Source of the DNA: an uncultured bacterium
Lineage (GTDB): Bacteria > Chloroflexota > Dehalococcoidia > Lucifugimonadales > UBA3495
Assembly (NCBI GenBank): GCA_963997925.1
Contig: CAXEOX010000003.1
Coordinates: 3,623-67,622, forward strand
Reading direction: 5' to 3'
Length of the DNA: 64,000 nucleotides
Part shown: piece by piece, positions 36,420 through 43,781 of the stretch
Numbering within the stretch: the first letter of the stretch is position 1
Layout of the letters: each line of letters opens with the position of its first letter
Position numbers and translations under genes: made by a program
The notes under the pieces: generated by a model
Seen by the model: the letters and a program-made list of their open reading frames with translations, nothing else
Told to the model about the DNA's origin: nothing
The model's database searches: none

Positions 36420-37235
36420 ATGGTTGTCGTAGATTCTCAAGTCCACATCTGGTCCCAGAACCTCCCCACCAACCCGTCCCACCGGCAGATAACCGCATTT
36501 TCATCTGCCGACCTGCTGAAGGCGATGGACGAGGCAGGAGTCGACGCTGCGGTGATTCATCCGCCGGGTTGGGACCCTACGTCCGGAGCATTGGCTGTCG
36601 AGGCGGCCGGCCAGCACCCCAACCGTCTAGCCATACTGGGGAATTTCCCCTTGGACCAGGAATCCAGCCACGGACTGGTTGGAAATTGGAAGCAGCAGGC
36701 GGGGATGTTGGGCCTGCGGTTCACCTTCCAGCAGCCCCACATGCAGACTTGGCTGACCGATGGAACCATGGATTGGCTGTGGTCTGCTGCCCGTGAGGCG
36801 GGTCTTCCCGTTGCTTTGGCCGCCTCCGGCATAATCCCTTCCGTAGGTGAAGTTGCTGAGAAGCATCCCGACGTGAAGCTAATCATCGACCACTTGGGCC
36901 GGGCCGGGGGCAAAACCGACGCCGAATGCTTCGCCAACCTTTCCGACATGCTGGCCTTGGCCAAGTATCCCAACGTGGCGATCAAGGCCTCAGGGGCACC
37001 CAGCTATTCCAGCGGACCCTATCCCTACACCAGTATCCACGACTATATCCACCAGATCTACGACGCCTTCGGCCCGGAGCGGATGTTCTGGGGCACCGAC
37101 ATCACCCGCATGCCCTGCACTTGGCGCCAGTGCATAACCATGTTTACCGAAGAACTCCCCTTCCTTTCGGAAAGCGACAAGGACCTGATAATGGGGCGAG
37201 CGCTATGCAATTGGCTGGGCTGGAATCTGCCGTAG
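36420..37235 (+). CDS. amidohydrolase-2 family protein (ACMSD/LigI-like TIM-barrel hydrolase or decarboxylase)
   Basis: VVDSQVHIW opening and LIIDHLGR. AAGGAG lies before the ATG. Confidence 0.7.
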   Translation: MVVVDSQVHIWSQNLPTNPSHRQITAFSSADLLKAMDEAGVDAAVIHPPGWDPTSGALAVEAAGQHPNRLAILGNFPLDQESSHGLVGNWKQQAGMLGLRFTFQQPHMQTWLTDGTMDWLWSAAREAGLPVALAASGIIPSVGEVAEKHPDVKLIIDHLGRAGGKTDAECFANLSDMLALAKYPNVAIKASGAPSYSSGPYPYTSIHDYIHQIYDAFGPERMFWGTDITRMPCTWRQCITMFTEELPFLSESDKDLIMGRALCNWLGWNLP

Positions 37236-37289
37236 GAGGCAGAGCACTGGGCAATTTGATTGTCGAGGAATGCCTGGTCGTAACCGCAT

Positions 37290-37322
37290 GTCATTCCTCG
37301 CCGCTACGCTCCTCGGAATGAC
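37290..37322. repeat. GTCATTCC-N17-GGAATGAC palindromic intergenic element (copy a)
   Basis: GTCATTCC 37290-37297 and GGAATGAC 37315-37322. The reverse complement resembles copy c at 57479-57511. Confidence 0.6.
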
Positions 37323-37483
37323 ATGATGGACTTCTGTGGGTCTCCGGAGGGATACCGGTTACCCGCCGGGACGGAAAACCCATGGAAACCCGAAACAGGG
37401 TGACCCTGTGCCGGTGCGGAGCATCAGCGATGAAACCCCTGTGCGACGGCACCCGCAAGGAGCTAGGCTTCACCGATTCCTGA
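37322..37483 (+). pseudogene. CDGSH-type iron-sulfur domain mini-ORF, apparently degenerate
   Basis: Own translation: ..GLLWVSGGIPVTRRDGKPMETRNRVTLCRCGASAMKPLCDGTRKELGFTDS*. Fits C-x-C-x2-S-x3-P-x-C-D-G-(S/A/T)-H except that His is Arg. The only upstream ATGs (37323, 37326) are 1 nt out of frame. Confidence 0.55.
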
Positions 37484-37607
37484 TCGGCAAGGACTAAGGC
37501 TTATTGACCAGATATGGAGCCATCGTTACAATTGTCCCAAGCAAGGTGTCCGGGTGTTACGGTACATGTGATTGACTGCATAATCGTTGGAATGTAGGAG
37601 GACAACC

Positions 37608-38051
37608 ATGTCTACGCAAACAGAGAACGCATCATCGTCCAAGGTTCAACCACTGGTCAAGATAACGGAGATGGACCACATCGTCCTTCGGGTTAAGGAC
37701 GTGGAAACGTCTCTAAAGTTCTACACGGAGACGCTGGGTCTGAAGCCGGAACGCATCGAAGAGTGGAGGGCCGGAAAGATTCGCTTCCCATCGGCACGAA
37801 TCAACGCCGACACCATCATCGATCTCTTCGCCAGTGACCAAGAACCCATCGACAAGGACGGAGTCAAGAACCAGGACCACTACTGCATGGTCATCGAGAA
37901 GACGGACATGGAGGAGTTAAAGTCCAAGTTCGAAGCGATGGGCGTGGGCATCCAAGCCGGTCCCGGTCAGCGCTGGGGCTCCCACGGTGACGGCACTTCC
38001 TTATATGTATACGACCCCGACGATAACGTGGTCGAACTTCGCCATTATTAA
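37608..38051 (+). CDS. VOC-family protein (glyoxalase/bleomycin-resistance/dioxygenase fold)
   Basis: MDHIVLRVKDVETSLKFYTETLGLK and DHYCMVI..LYVYDPDDNVVEL. ATG 37608 is preceded by AGGAGG. Confidence 0.8.
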   Translation: MSTQTENASSSKVQPLVKITEMDHIVLRVKDVETSLKFYTETLGLKPERIEEWRAGKIRFPSARINADTIIDLFASDQEPIDKDGVKNQDHYCMVIEKTDMEELKSKFEAMGVGIQAGPGQRWGSHGDGTSLYVYDPDDNVVELRHY

Positions 38052-38107
38052 AGAGTCCTGGGCAGGCTTCGTGGTAACGGCGGGTCTCAGTTCCCTTATG
38101 GCAGCTA

Positions 38108-38153
38108 AAATCCCCCCATCGCCCCCCTTTAATAGAGGGGGATTGGGGGATTT
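38108..38153 (+). terminator. nested C-run/G-run hairpin downstream of the VOC gene
   Basis: Outer AAATCCCCC (38108-16)/GGGGGATTT (38145-53), inner CCCCC (38123-27)/GGGGG (38137-41). Ends in TTT. Confidence 0.45.
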
Positions 38154-38250
38154 CGATGCCTCATCTACGGTAACTTTCAAATCCAGAAATAATATTCCAA
38201 CGGGGATATAGGTTCACAACGCATTCATATATAGATGGAGGAAGATATAC

Positions 38251-38727
38251 ATGGCAACCAAGATACCCGGTGAAACCTATCGAGGCGAGGCGTTGCACTT
38301 GCCCCTGTCTCAGGACGGACAAGTCGCTGTTTACGTGTGGCCTTTGCGAATATTGAACATCCAGGGGAAAGGATGCGGTGGGCCCACCATGGGCATCGAC
38401 GTGGGCAACGTGGAAGTCCTGCGATGGGACTGCCACGACTCCATGGGTCATTGGCACGGCGGCGGATACGACAAGCTGGAGCGGCCGGGAAACTCGCACC
38501 GTGAGTTCCCAGACGGCCTGAAAACCGTGTCGGTCCAAGTGGAATGGGCTTTCCAACAAATCCAGAACAACGCCAAGGAATTGCTTGAGGAAGCGGACTA
38601 CGGCCCGGCGGCCGGGTTGCTTGAGCCAGCGTTGGTAGCTACGGCTATAGATTCGATCAAGGCCCATCTCTCGAAGCATAGCGGACTACGGCCCAAAGCC
38701 ATCGAAGAGAACCTGATAGCCTCGTAA
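38251..38727 (+). CDS. hypothetical protein (158 aa), His/Gly-rich central motif
   Basis: GGAGG 9 nt before the ATG. Followed by a strong intrinsic terminator. No domain recognised (..WDCHDSMGHWHGGGYDKLERPGNSHREF..). Confidence 0.6.
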   Translation: MATKIPGETYRGEALHLPLSQDGQVAVYVWPLRILNIQGKGCGGPTMGIDVGNVEVLRWDCHDSMGHWHGGGYDKLERPGNSHREFPDGLKTVSVQVEWAFQQIQNNAKELLEEADYGPAAGLLEPALVATAIDSIKAHLSKHSGLRPKAIEENLIAS

Positions 38728-38760
38728 ACCCGGAACAGACCCCACTAAAAAAGATACCCA

Positions 38761-38793
38761 GGCCCCGGCGTTGATCGCCGGGGCCTTTTGTTT
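38761..38793 (+). terminator. rho-independent terminator
   Basis: Perfect 10-bp GC stem GGCCCCGGCG (38761-70) / CGCCGGGGCC (38776-85), 5-nt loop, then TTTTGTTT. Confidence 0.85.
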
Positions 38794-38895
38794 ACCGGAG
38801 TTCATCCAACTCCGCCGGGAACCTCTGTCCTTCACGCGCGACCTAAGACCGTTGCCCAATCTACCCCAGTTCAAGCCGTCACCCCCATCACCATA

Positions 38896-38924
38896 TGGAC
38901 TGAAGCTGGATAAAGGCATAAAAT
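38896..38924 (+). promoter_or_regulatory. candidate promoter for the tri-domain fusion gene
   Basis: TGGACT (38896-901), 17-nt spacer, TAAAAT (38919-24). Lies between the upstream terminator and ATG 38973. Confidence 0.3.
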
Positions 38925-38972
38925 GCCTCAGTGAAAGGCAATTAATCGCAAGCCATGCGAGAGGAGTTAACG

Positions 38973-41036
38973 ATGGCCACCTATACCAAAGATGAAGCGC
39001 AAGAGTGGGCGCTGGAAACCTTGAAAGGCCAGTGGACCACTTTGGTCACGCCATTCACCCCGGACGATACTTTCGACGAGACCGGCATGCGGCACAATAT
39101 CCGCCACGTCCAGAAGTTGGGCACCCGCGGCGCCGGCTGCACTTGGGGAATGGGTGAGTTCTGGAGCTTGACCCACCAAGAGCGTTTGCGAGTCATGGAA
39201 GTGGTCGCCGAAGAATCCCAGGGCAAGTGGCTGATAGGCGCTCACATCACCCACACTTCGGCAGCGGCCATGCTGGACCTGGCCCATAACGCCGAGACGA
39301 TGGGATACGATGTCCTGGTAGTCGCTCCTCCTTACATGGTAACCAAGACCGAAGAGCAGGTGGTCGACTGGGTGCGGAATCTGGCATCCAAGACCTCCAT
39401 GGCCATCATGTTCTACAACTCCCCTCAATTCGGCATCGTCTTGAGTCCCGCCAGTCTTAAGCTATTGTGTGACATCCCCAACGTGGTAGGTGTTAAAGAA
39501 GCCAGTTTCAACCAACAACTGTCCATCGAGACCCATCTGTCGCTGGGCAAGGACCACGTCATCAGCACCCCCGACGAATGGATATTCTGGAAAGCCAAAG
39601 AGCTTGGCTTCCAGCAGCAGGTCATGTTCTCCAACACCTCAGACTGGCGTTTCGACGTACCCGACGCCAATTACTACGTGCAGTTCATCGACAAGGCTAC
39701 TACCGGGAACCTGGACGAACCATTCTACGAGAAGCACCTGCGCCGCATCAAAGAGTTATCGGACACGTGGTGGACCCGGACCGTCGACCAGTTGAACGGT
39801 GCCCTTCCCATACCCATGGTGAAATACTGGGGCGAACTGATGGGACTGTCCACCGGGCACGCCCGAGCGCCCCTGGGAGACATGTCCACCCAGCAGAAGG
39901 ACGAACTGCGCCTGGAATTGGAACCGCTAAAACCCAAGCCGTTGGTCCATGCAGTGCCCGCCCAGCCAGTGCCCGATCGGGTCTCCTGGCTCACCGGCAA
40001 CAATGCCTTTTTCTCCGGCATGTTGTTGATGGTCAGCGTCCAAGACGTTGCCGAAGCCCTTGAGGCCGAACGGGGCGGGGCCGACGTTGTCGACGTTAAG
40101 AACCTACAGGAGGCGATGGTCGGTTCGGGCCATCCTTCGATAGTGCACCAGGTCCGGTCCCAGATCCAGCCGGAGAACCACGTCAGCGTCACCCTTGGCG
40201 TCGTTCCCAACCAGGCTGGCACGGTGGCCATGGCCGCCTATGCCGCTGCCAGCTTGAACGCAACATCGGTCAAGGTGGGGTTCCGAAGCACGGATTACGA
40301 AACCGCAGTGGACATCCTCCAACAGTCCAGGCGGGCGATGGAAGGTTTCAACTGCAAGTTGGTCGGGTCGGTCTTCGCCGACAACGTGCTGTACGACGGC
40401 GGCTTGGACCCCATGTGCATGGTCCAACTGGCAAAAGACGGCCAGTGCGACGGATGGCTCATAGATACTCTGACGAAAGACGGTAGAAATCTATTTGATT
40501 TCATCACGGAAGCCAAGTTGAAGGAGATGGTTCTCCAGGGTAAAGAAATGGGGATGAGTACCGCATTGTCGGGTCACCTGAAAATTTCCGACCTGGACGA
40601 GTTAGCTCGAGTCAACCCGGACATCGTTGGGGTGCGCGGTGCAGTTTGTGGCGACGGTGACCGGGGACGGTCCGTTGCCTGGGAGTCGGTAGCTGAATTC
40701 AAGCGCCAGTTAGACATGCGTAAGACCGGCGAAGTTGACGTGTTTGGCAACGGGAACGGCTTCGGCGGCAACGGCTTCAATGAAACCGCGACCATGCCCA
40801 GCAACGGAGCCGGGGGCGGTTGGGTGGTCATCGACGGCCGAGGTAAGAGTTGCGCCGGTGTAATCGCGGCCCTGGCCAGGCAATTTGAGTACGACGATAA
40901 ATCCCTGGTCGAAGCAGTTCTGGCCGACGCCTTGAACATATACGATGTGATTCTCTGGGCCGAACAAGGGAAGCACAACGTGCTCAACCATCGCAAGGAC
41001 ACTGACGGCTCCGTTCGAGTGCTGATCCAGCCCTAG
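38973..41036 (+). CDS. tri-domain fusion: DapA/NAL-family class I aldolase + MfnB (4-HFC-P synthase, DUF556)-like domain + TusA/SirA-like domain
   Basis: aa ~1-325: WGMGEFWSLTHQER, FYNSP, VGVKEAS (Schiff-base Lys codon 39495-97). aa ~350-585: MLLMVSVQDVAEALEAERGGADVVDVKN.., SVKVGF, WLIDTLTKDGRNLFDF, DIVGVRGAVCGDGDR. Then a Gly/Asn linker. The last ~70 aa are VVIDGRGKSCAGVIAAL...VRVLIQP. ATG 38973 after GAGGAG is preferred to ATG 38955. Confidence 0.8.
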   Translation: MATYTKDEAQEWALETLKGQWTTLVTPFTPDDTFDETGMRHNIRHVQKLGTRGAGCTWGMGEFWSLTHQERLRVMEVVAEESQGKWLIGAHITHTSAAAMLDLAHNAETMGYDVLVVAPPYMVTKTEEQVVDWVRNLASKTSMAIMFYNSPQFGIVLSPASLKLLCDIPNVVGVKEASFNQQLSIETHLSLGKDHVISTPDEWIFWKAKELGFQQQVMFSNTSDWRFDVPDANYYVQFIDKATTGNLDEPFYEKHLRRIKELSDTWWTRTVDQLNGALPIPMVKYWGELMGLSTGHARAPLGDMSTQQKDELRLELEPLKPKPLVHAVPAQPVPDRVSWLTGNNAFFSGMLLMVSVQDVAEALEAERGGADVVDVKNLQEAMVGSGHPSIVHQVRSQIQPENHVSVTLGVVPNQAGTVAMAAYAAASLNATSVKVGFRSTDYETAVDILQQSRRAMEGFNCKLVGSVFADNVLYDGGLDPMCMVQLAKDGQCDGWLIDTLTKDGRNLFDFITEAKLKEMVLQGKEMGMSTALSGHLKISDLDELARVNPDIVGVRGAVCGDGDRGRSVAWESVAEFKRQLDMRKTGEVDVFGNGNGFGGNGFNETATMPSNGAGGGWVVIDGRGKSCAGVIAALARQFEYDDKSLVEAVLADALNIYDVILWAEQGKHNVLNHRKDTDGSVRVLIQP

Positions 41037-41157
41037 GGCCATTGGCCGAACGACGCAAGCCTGGTGTACAGGTTCCAACACGGAAAAGCAATTCCGTTAC
41101 TCCCGCGCAGGCAGGAGCTCAGCCGCCGTTGCGGAAACGGGGTATAGTCAACGCCGG

Positions 41158-41192
41158 GACATTCCCTGGATTCCGGTCTGCGCCGGAATGAC
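41158..41192. repeat. GACATTCC-N19-GGAATGAC palindromic intergenic element (copy b)
   Basis: Arms at 41158-65 and 41185-92. Contains an inner TTCCGG/CCGGAA stem (41171-76/41183-88). A further degenerate copy probably lies at 41097-41120. Confidence 0.5.
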
Positions 41193-41236
41193 GGGAAGGG
41201 TTAGATCACAGATGGGTCCGGTTGAGGAGATTGAAC

Positions 41237-42010
41237 ATGGCGGAGTCGCTCAAAGCACTGTCTTGGAACGTTAACGGGATCCGGGCGGCGCATAAGAAAG
41301 GTTTCGTTGATTGGCTGACCCAAACAGACCCGGACATCATGTGTCTACAGGAGACTAAAGCCCACCTGGACCAACTCCCGGCGGCGCTCAAAGAGGTAGA
41401 AGGTTACCACTCCTACTTCTCGACGCCAGAGAGGAAAGGCTACAGCGGTGTGGCGATATACACCAAGACCGAGCCGGAATCGGTTAGCGTTGGATTGGGT
41501 GTTGAGGAGTACGACAAGGAAGGCCGGGTGTTGGTTGCCGACTACGGACAGTTCGTTGTAATCAACATCTATTTCCCCAACGGCCAGTCTTCCGGCGAAC
41601 GTTTGCAATACAAGATGGAGTTTTACGACCACTTCTTGGAGTTCGTGGAGAAGATTAAGGCGTCGGGTAAGGGCATCGTGCTTTGCGGTGACCTGAACAC
41701 GGCCCATACCGAGCTTGACCTGGCCCGGCCCAAGCCCAACGAGGGAACGTCGGGCTTCCTGCCCATCGAAAGAGAATGGATGGACAAGTTCATCAGCCAT
41801 GGCTACAAAGACACCTTCCGCATGTTCAACCAAGAGCCCGAGAACTACACCTACTGGGACCAGATAACCCGCGCCCGGGACCGGAACGTTGGATGGAGGA
41901 TCGACTACTTCTTCGTGGACGACGCTTTTTCGTCCCAGGTGAAAAACGCTTACATCCTCGCCGACGTGATGGGGTCAGACCATTGCCCCATAGGTATAGA
42001 CATCGGCTGA
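41237..42010 (+). CDS. xth: exodeoxyribonuclease III
   Basis: [44 protein letters not shown] 41237 follows GAGGAG. Confidence 0.9.
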   Translation: MAESLKALSWNVNGIRAAHKKGFVDWLTQTDPDIMCLQETKAHLDQLPAALKEVEGYHSYFSTPERKGYSGVAIYTKTEPESVSVGLGVEEYDKEGRVLVADYGQFVVINIYFPNGQSSGERLQYKMEFYDHFLEFVEKIKASGKGIVLCGDLNTAHTELDLARPKPNEGTSGFLPIEREWMDKFISHGYKDTFRMFNQEPENYTYWDQITRARDRNVGWRIDYFFVDDAFSSQVKNAYILADVMGSDHCPIGIDIG

Positions 42011-42040
42011 TCTAACCCATTATTGTTGTCCGTATGCAGG

Positions 42041-42061
42041 GGCACGGCTAGCCGTGCCTTT
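42041..42061 (+). terminator. short stem-loop after xth
   Basis: GGCACGGC-TA-GCCGTGCC palindrome followed by TTT. Stem is short. Confidence 0.4.
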
Positions 42062-42132
42062 ACATGATAATCGGTAGCCCAAAATACAATCCGTCGGCTG
42101 GAACGCCGGTGGGGTTCATAGGAGAGTGACCC

Positions 42133-42324
42133 ATGGCAGGATCTAAGGACGCTTACGAGATACAGTTGAGCCACGAGCAGATCGAGTTTATCAGGTCAGC
42201 GAAAGACCAGTATGGCATTCCTGATGAGAGCAAGGTTGTCCGAATCATGGTGGACTACTTGCTGTCCAACCCGGATATTCATTCCGCTGTATTCGAAGAG
42301 AGCCGCTGCCTCTGGTGCGGATAG
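42133..42324 (+). CDS. hypothetical small protein (63 aa), possible ribbon-helix-helix-like
   Basis: AGGAGA lies before the ATG. ..KVVRIMVDYLL.. core. C-terminal CLWCG. Confidence 0.45.
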   Translation: MAGSKDAYEIQLSHEQIEFIRSAKDQYGIPDESKVVRIMVDYLLSNPDIHSAVFEESRCLWCG

Positions 42325-42368
42325 GTCTTTCGACAGTTATCTAGGCGGTGGGACTGCCCCCAACCTAG

Positions 42369-42392
42369 CCTTCCCCCCTTGTGGGGGGAAGG
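42369..42392. terminator. perfect C-run/G-run hairpin between convergent genes
   Basis: CCTTCCCCCC (42369-78), TTGT, GGGGGGAAGG (42383-92). Confidence 0.5.
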
Positions 42393-42465
42393 GACAGATT
42401 TCCCCATCGGGTAGCTGGATTAAAGAGAGAGCCGCAGTGGCTTTAGGTTTGCACTTGGAGTGGTA

Positions 42466-42897
42466 TTAGCCCTCGCTCATGTGCTTGACCGCTTCCAGTC
42501 CCAGGTAGTATCCGTAAACGCCGAAACCGTATACCGAACCTTTGCAAACCGGAAGCACGGTGGAGACGGTTCCCCTGGCCGTGGGGTTGGAAGCGTGGAC
42601 TTCGATGAACGGAAATCCCACCTGGGTGATGGCTGCACGCAGCGTCCCGGCTGTGGTGGTGTAACCGGCGGGGTTAATCAACGCCGCATCAAACTTCCGT
42701 TCGTAAGCATCGTATATGGCATTGACCACTTCGCCTTCGATGTTTGAGTGGAAAAGCTCAACGTCGATTCCCAGACCCTCAGCGTAGCCGAGGATCTGTT
42801 CGTTCATCTGCTCCAGCGTGGTAGGGCCGAATATCTCCAACTGGGACTTGCCCCTCATGTTCATCCCGGATCCCTGAATCACCAGCACTTTAGTCAT
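42466..42897 (-). CDS. type II 3-dehydroquinate dehydratase-fold protein with non-canonical active site
   Basis: Gapless alignment to AroQ (from memory). HSNIEGE, INPAG and IEVHASN are conserved, but the catalytic Tyr in R.P..YG reads Phe (SQLEIFG) and THTS reads TTTA. Confidence 0.7.
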   Translation of the reverse strand: MTKVLVIQGSGMNMRGKSQLEIFGPTTLEQMNEQILGYAEGLGIDVELFHSNIEGEVVNAIYDAYERKFDAALINPAGYTTTAGTLRAAITQVGFPFIEVHASNPTARGTVSTVLPVCKGSVYGFGVYGYYLGLEAVKHMSEG

Positions 42898-42989
42898 GGT
42901 TATTTCTCCAATTCAATCAATGATTGTTTCGCTTCAATCGCCCTTGGAAAACCGCGAGAATAATCTCTTTAAGCTGGCTCCGTGGATTT

Positions 42990-43544
42990 CTATCCTTCCC
43001 CAGCAGCCGGCTCGGTGGGCGTCTCGGTTAGGTAGCCTGCCAGCAATATATCCAACTGCAACATCATCAGCTTATTCCACGCCGCCGAAGCCCGGGCTGC
43101 CAAGCCGTGATCCTTGATCTCCCGGTGCAGCAGGTCCGCCAGCGCCGTTTGGGTGAAGGACATGGTGCCAATCATGAACCGACTGGGGATGGACCCCAGA
43201 TGCGCCCGGTGGACCGGCGGATGGGAGTGCACGATGCCGGTGGCCAAGACCCTTATTGGGTAGTCTTCGTCGATCTTGAAATCGACCGACCCTCGCAGCC
43301 AGCGGGCCAGGCTATGTTTCCGGCGGTCCAAACGAACGTCGTCGACCTCACCATTCTCGTTCAAGAAGAACTTGCGAGACTCCGGGAATTTGAGGAAGTT
43401 GTCGTATACGGCAGCGGTCAAGTCGTCGGCATTGTCCAAAACGACAGAGGACGTTTCCTTGATTACTGCCAGGTCTTCATCACCCAGACCCACAAAGTCG
43501 GCCATCTCTTTCAACCGGCCCGGCCAATCCACTATATGAGGCAT
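42990..43544 (-). CDS. protoglobin-domain protein (single-domain, no output module)
   Basis: 184 aa. FVGLGDEDLAVIKE..AAVYDNFLKFPESRKFF ... ATGIVHSH ... WNKLMMLQLDILLAGY fits the protoglobin/globin-coupled-sensor globin domain. Confidence 0.65.
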   Translation of the reverse strand: MPHIVDWPGRLKEMADFVGLGDEDLAVIKETSSVVLDNADDLTAAVYDNFLKFPESRKFFLNENGEVDDVRLDRRKHSLARWLRGSVDFKIDEDYPIRVLATGIVHSHPPVHRAHLGSIPSRFMIGTMSFTQTALADLLHREIKDHGLAARASAAWNKLMMLQLDILLAGYLTETPTEPAAGEG

Positions 43545-43681
43545 ACACCACCGTTCATTCTACTGGTCTACGAGCGCTCCACAGAATATAACCTTTCCGA
43601 TAAATAGGGGCAAGCAGTGGATAAGCTTGCTGCCTTGGCTGATTGTGAGGTTTTGCACGCGAAGTGACGACCCCCCTGTGG

Positions 43682-43769
43682 CCCCCCTTCAGAAGGGGGG
43701 ACGAGGACCAAGTTGGGTCAAAAGCTGGCTAAGGAGTTTCCGCCAAGATTCTCCTCCTTACGAAGGAGG
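43682..43769. repeat. C-run/G-run hairpins in the MFS-protoglobin spacer
   Basis: CCCCCC (43682-87), TTCAGAA, GGGGGG (43695-700). CCTCCTT (43753-59), ACG, AAGGAGG (43763-69). Confidence 0.5.
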
Positions 43770-43781
43770 GGTTAGGGGAGG

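Noticed and set aside
37291-37473. 60-aa minus-strand ORF offered by the ORF track
   Set aside because: Its translation is featureless. The plus strand carries an unmistakable CDGSH motif, so the minus ORF is a shadow of that relic.
38161-38679. 172-aa minus-strand ORF overlapping the 158-aa plus-strand orphan
   Set aside because: It has no SD, and it runs into the hairpin at 38108-38153. The plus-strand ORF has GGAGG at the proper spacing and a textbook terminator right after its stop.
40008-40712. Reading the MfnB-like domain as evidence for methanofuran/methylofuran biosynthesis
   Set aside because: No mfnA/C/D/E/F, H4MPT-pathway or formyltransferase genes are in the 64 kb. The domain is also embedded in a novel fusion. 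I kept it as a finding about the architecture, not as a pathway call.
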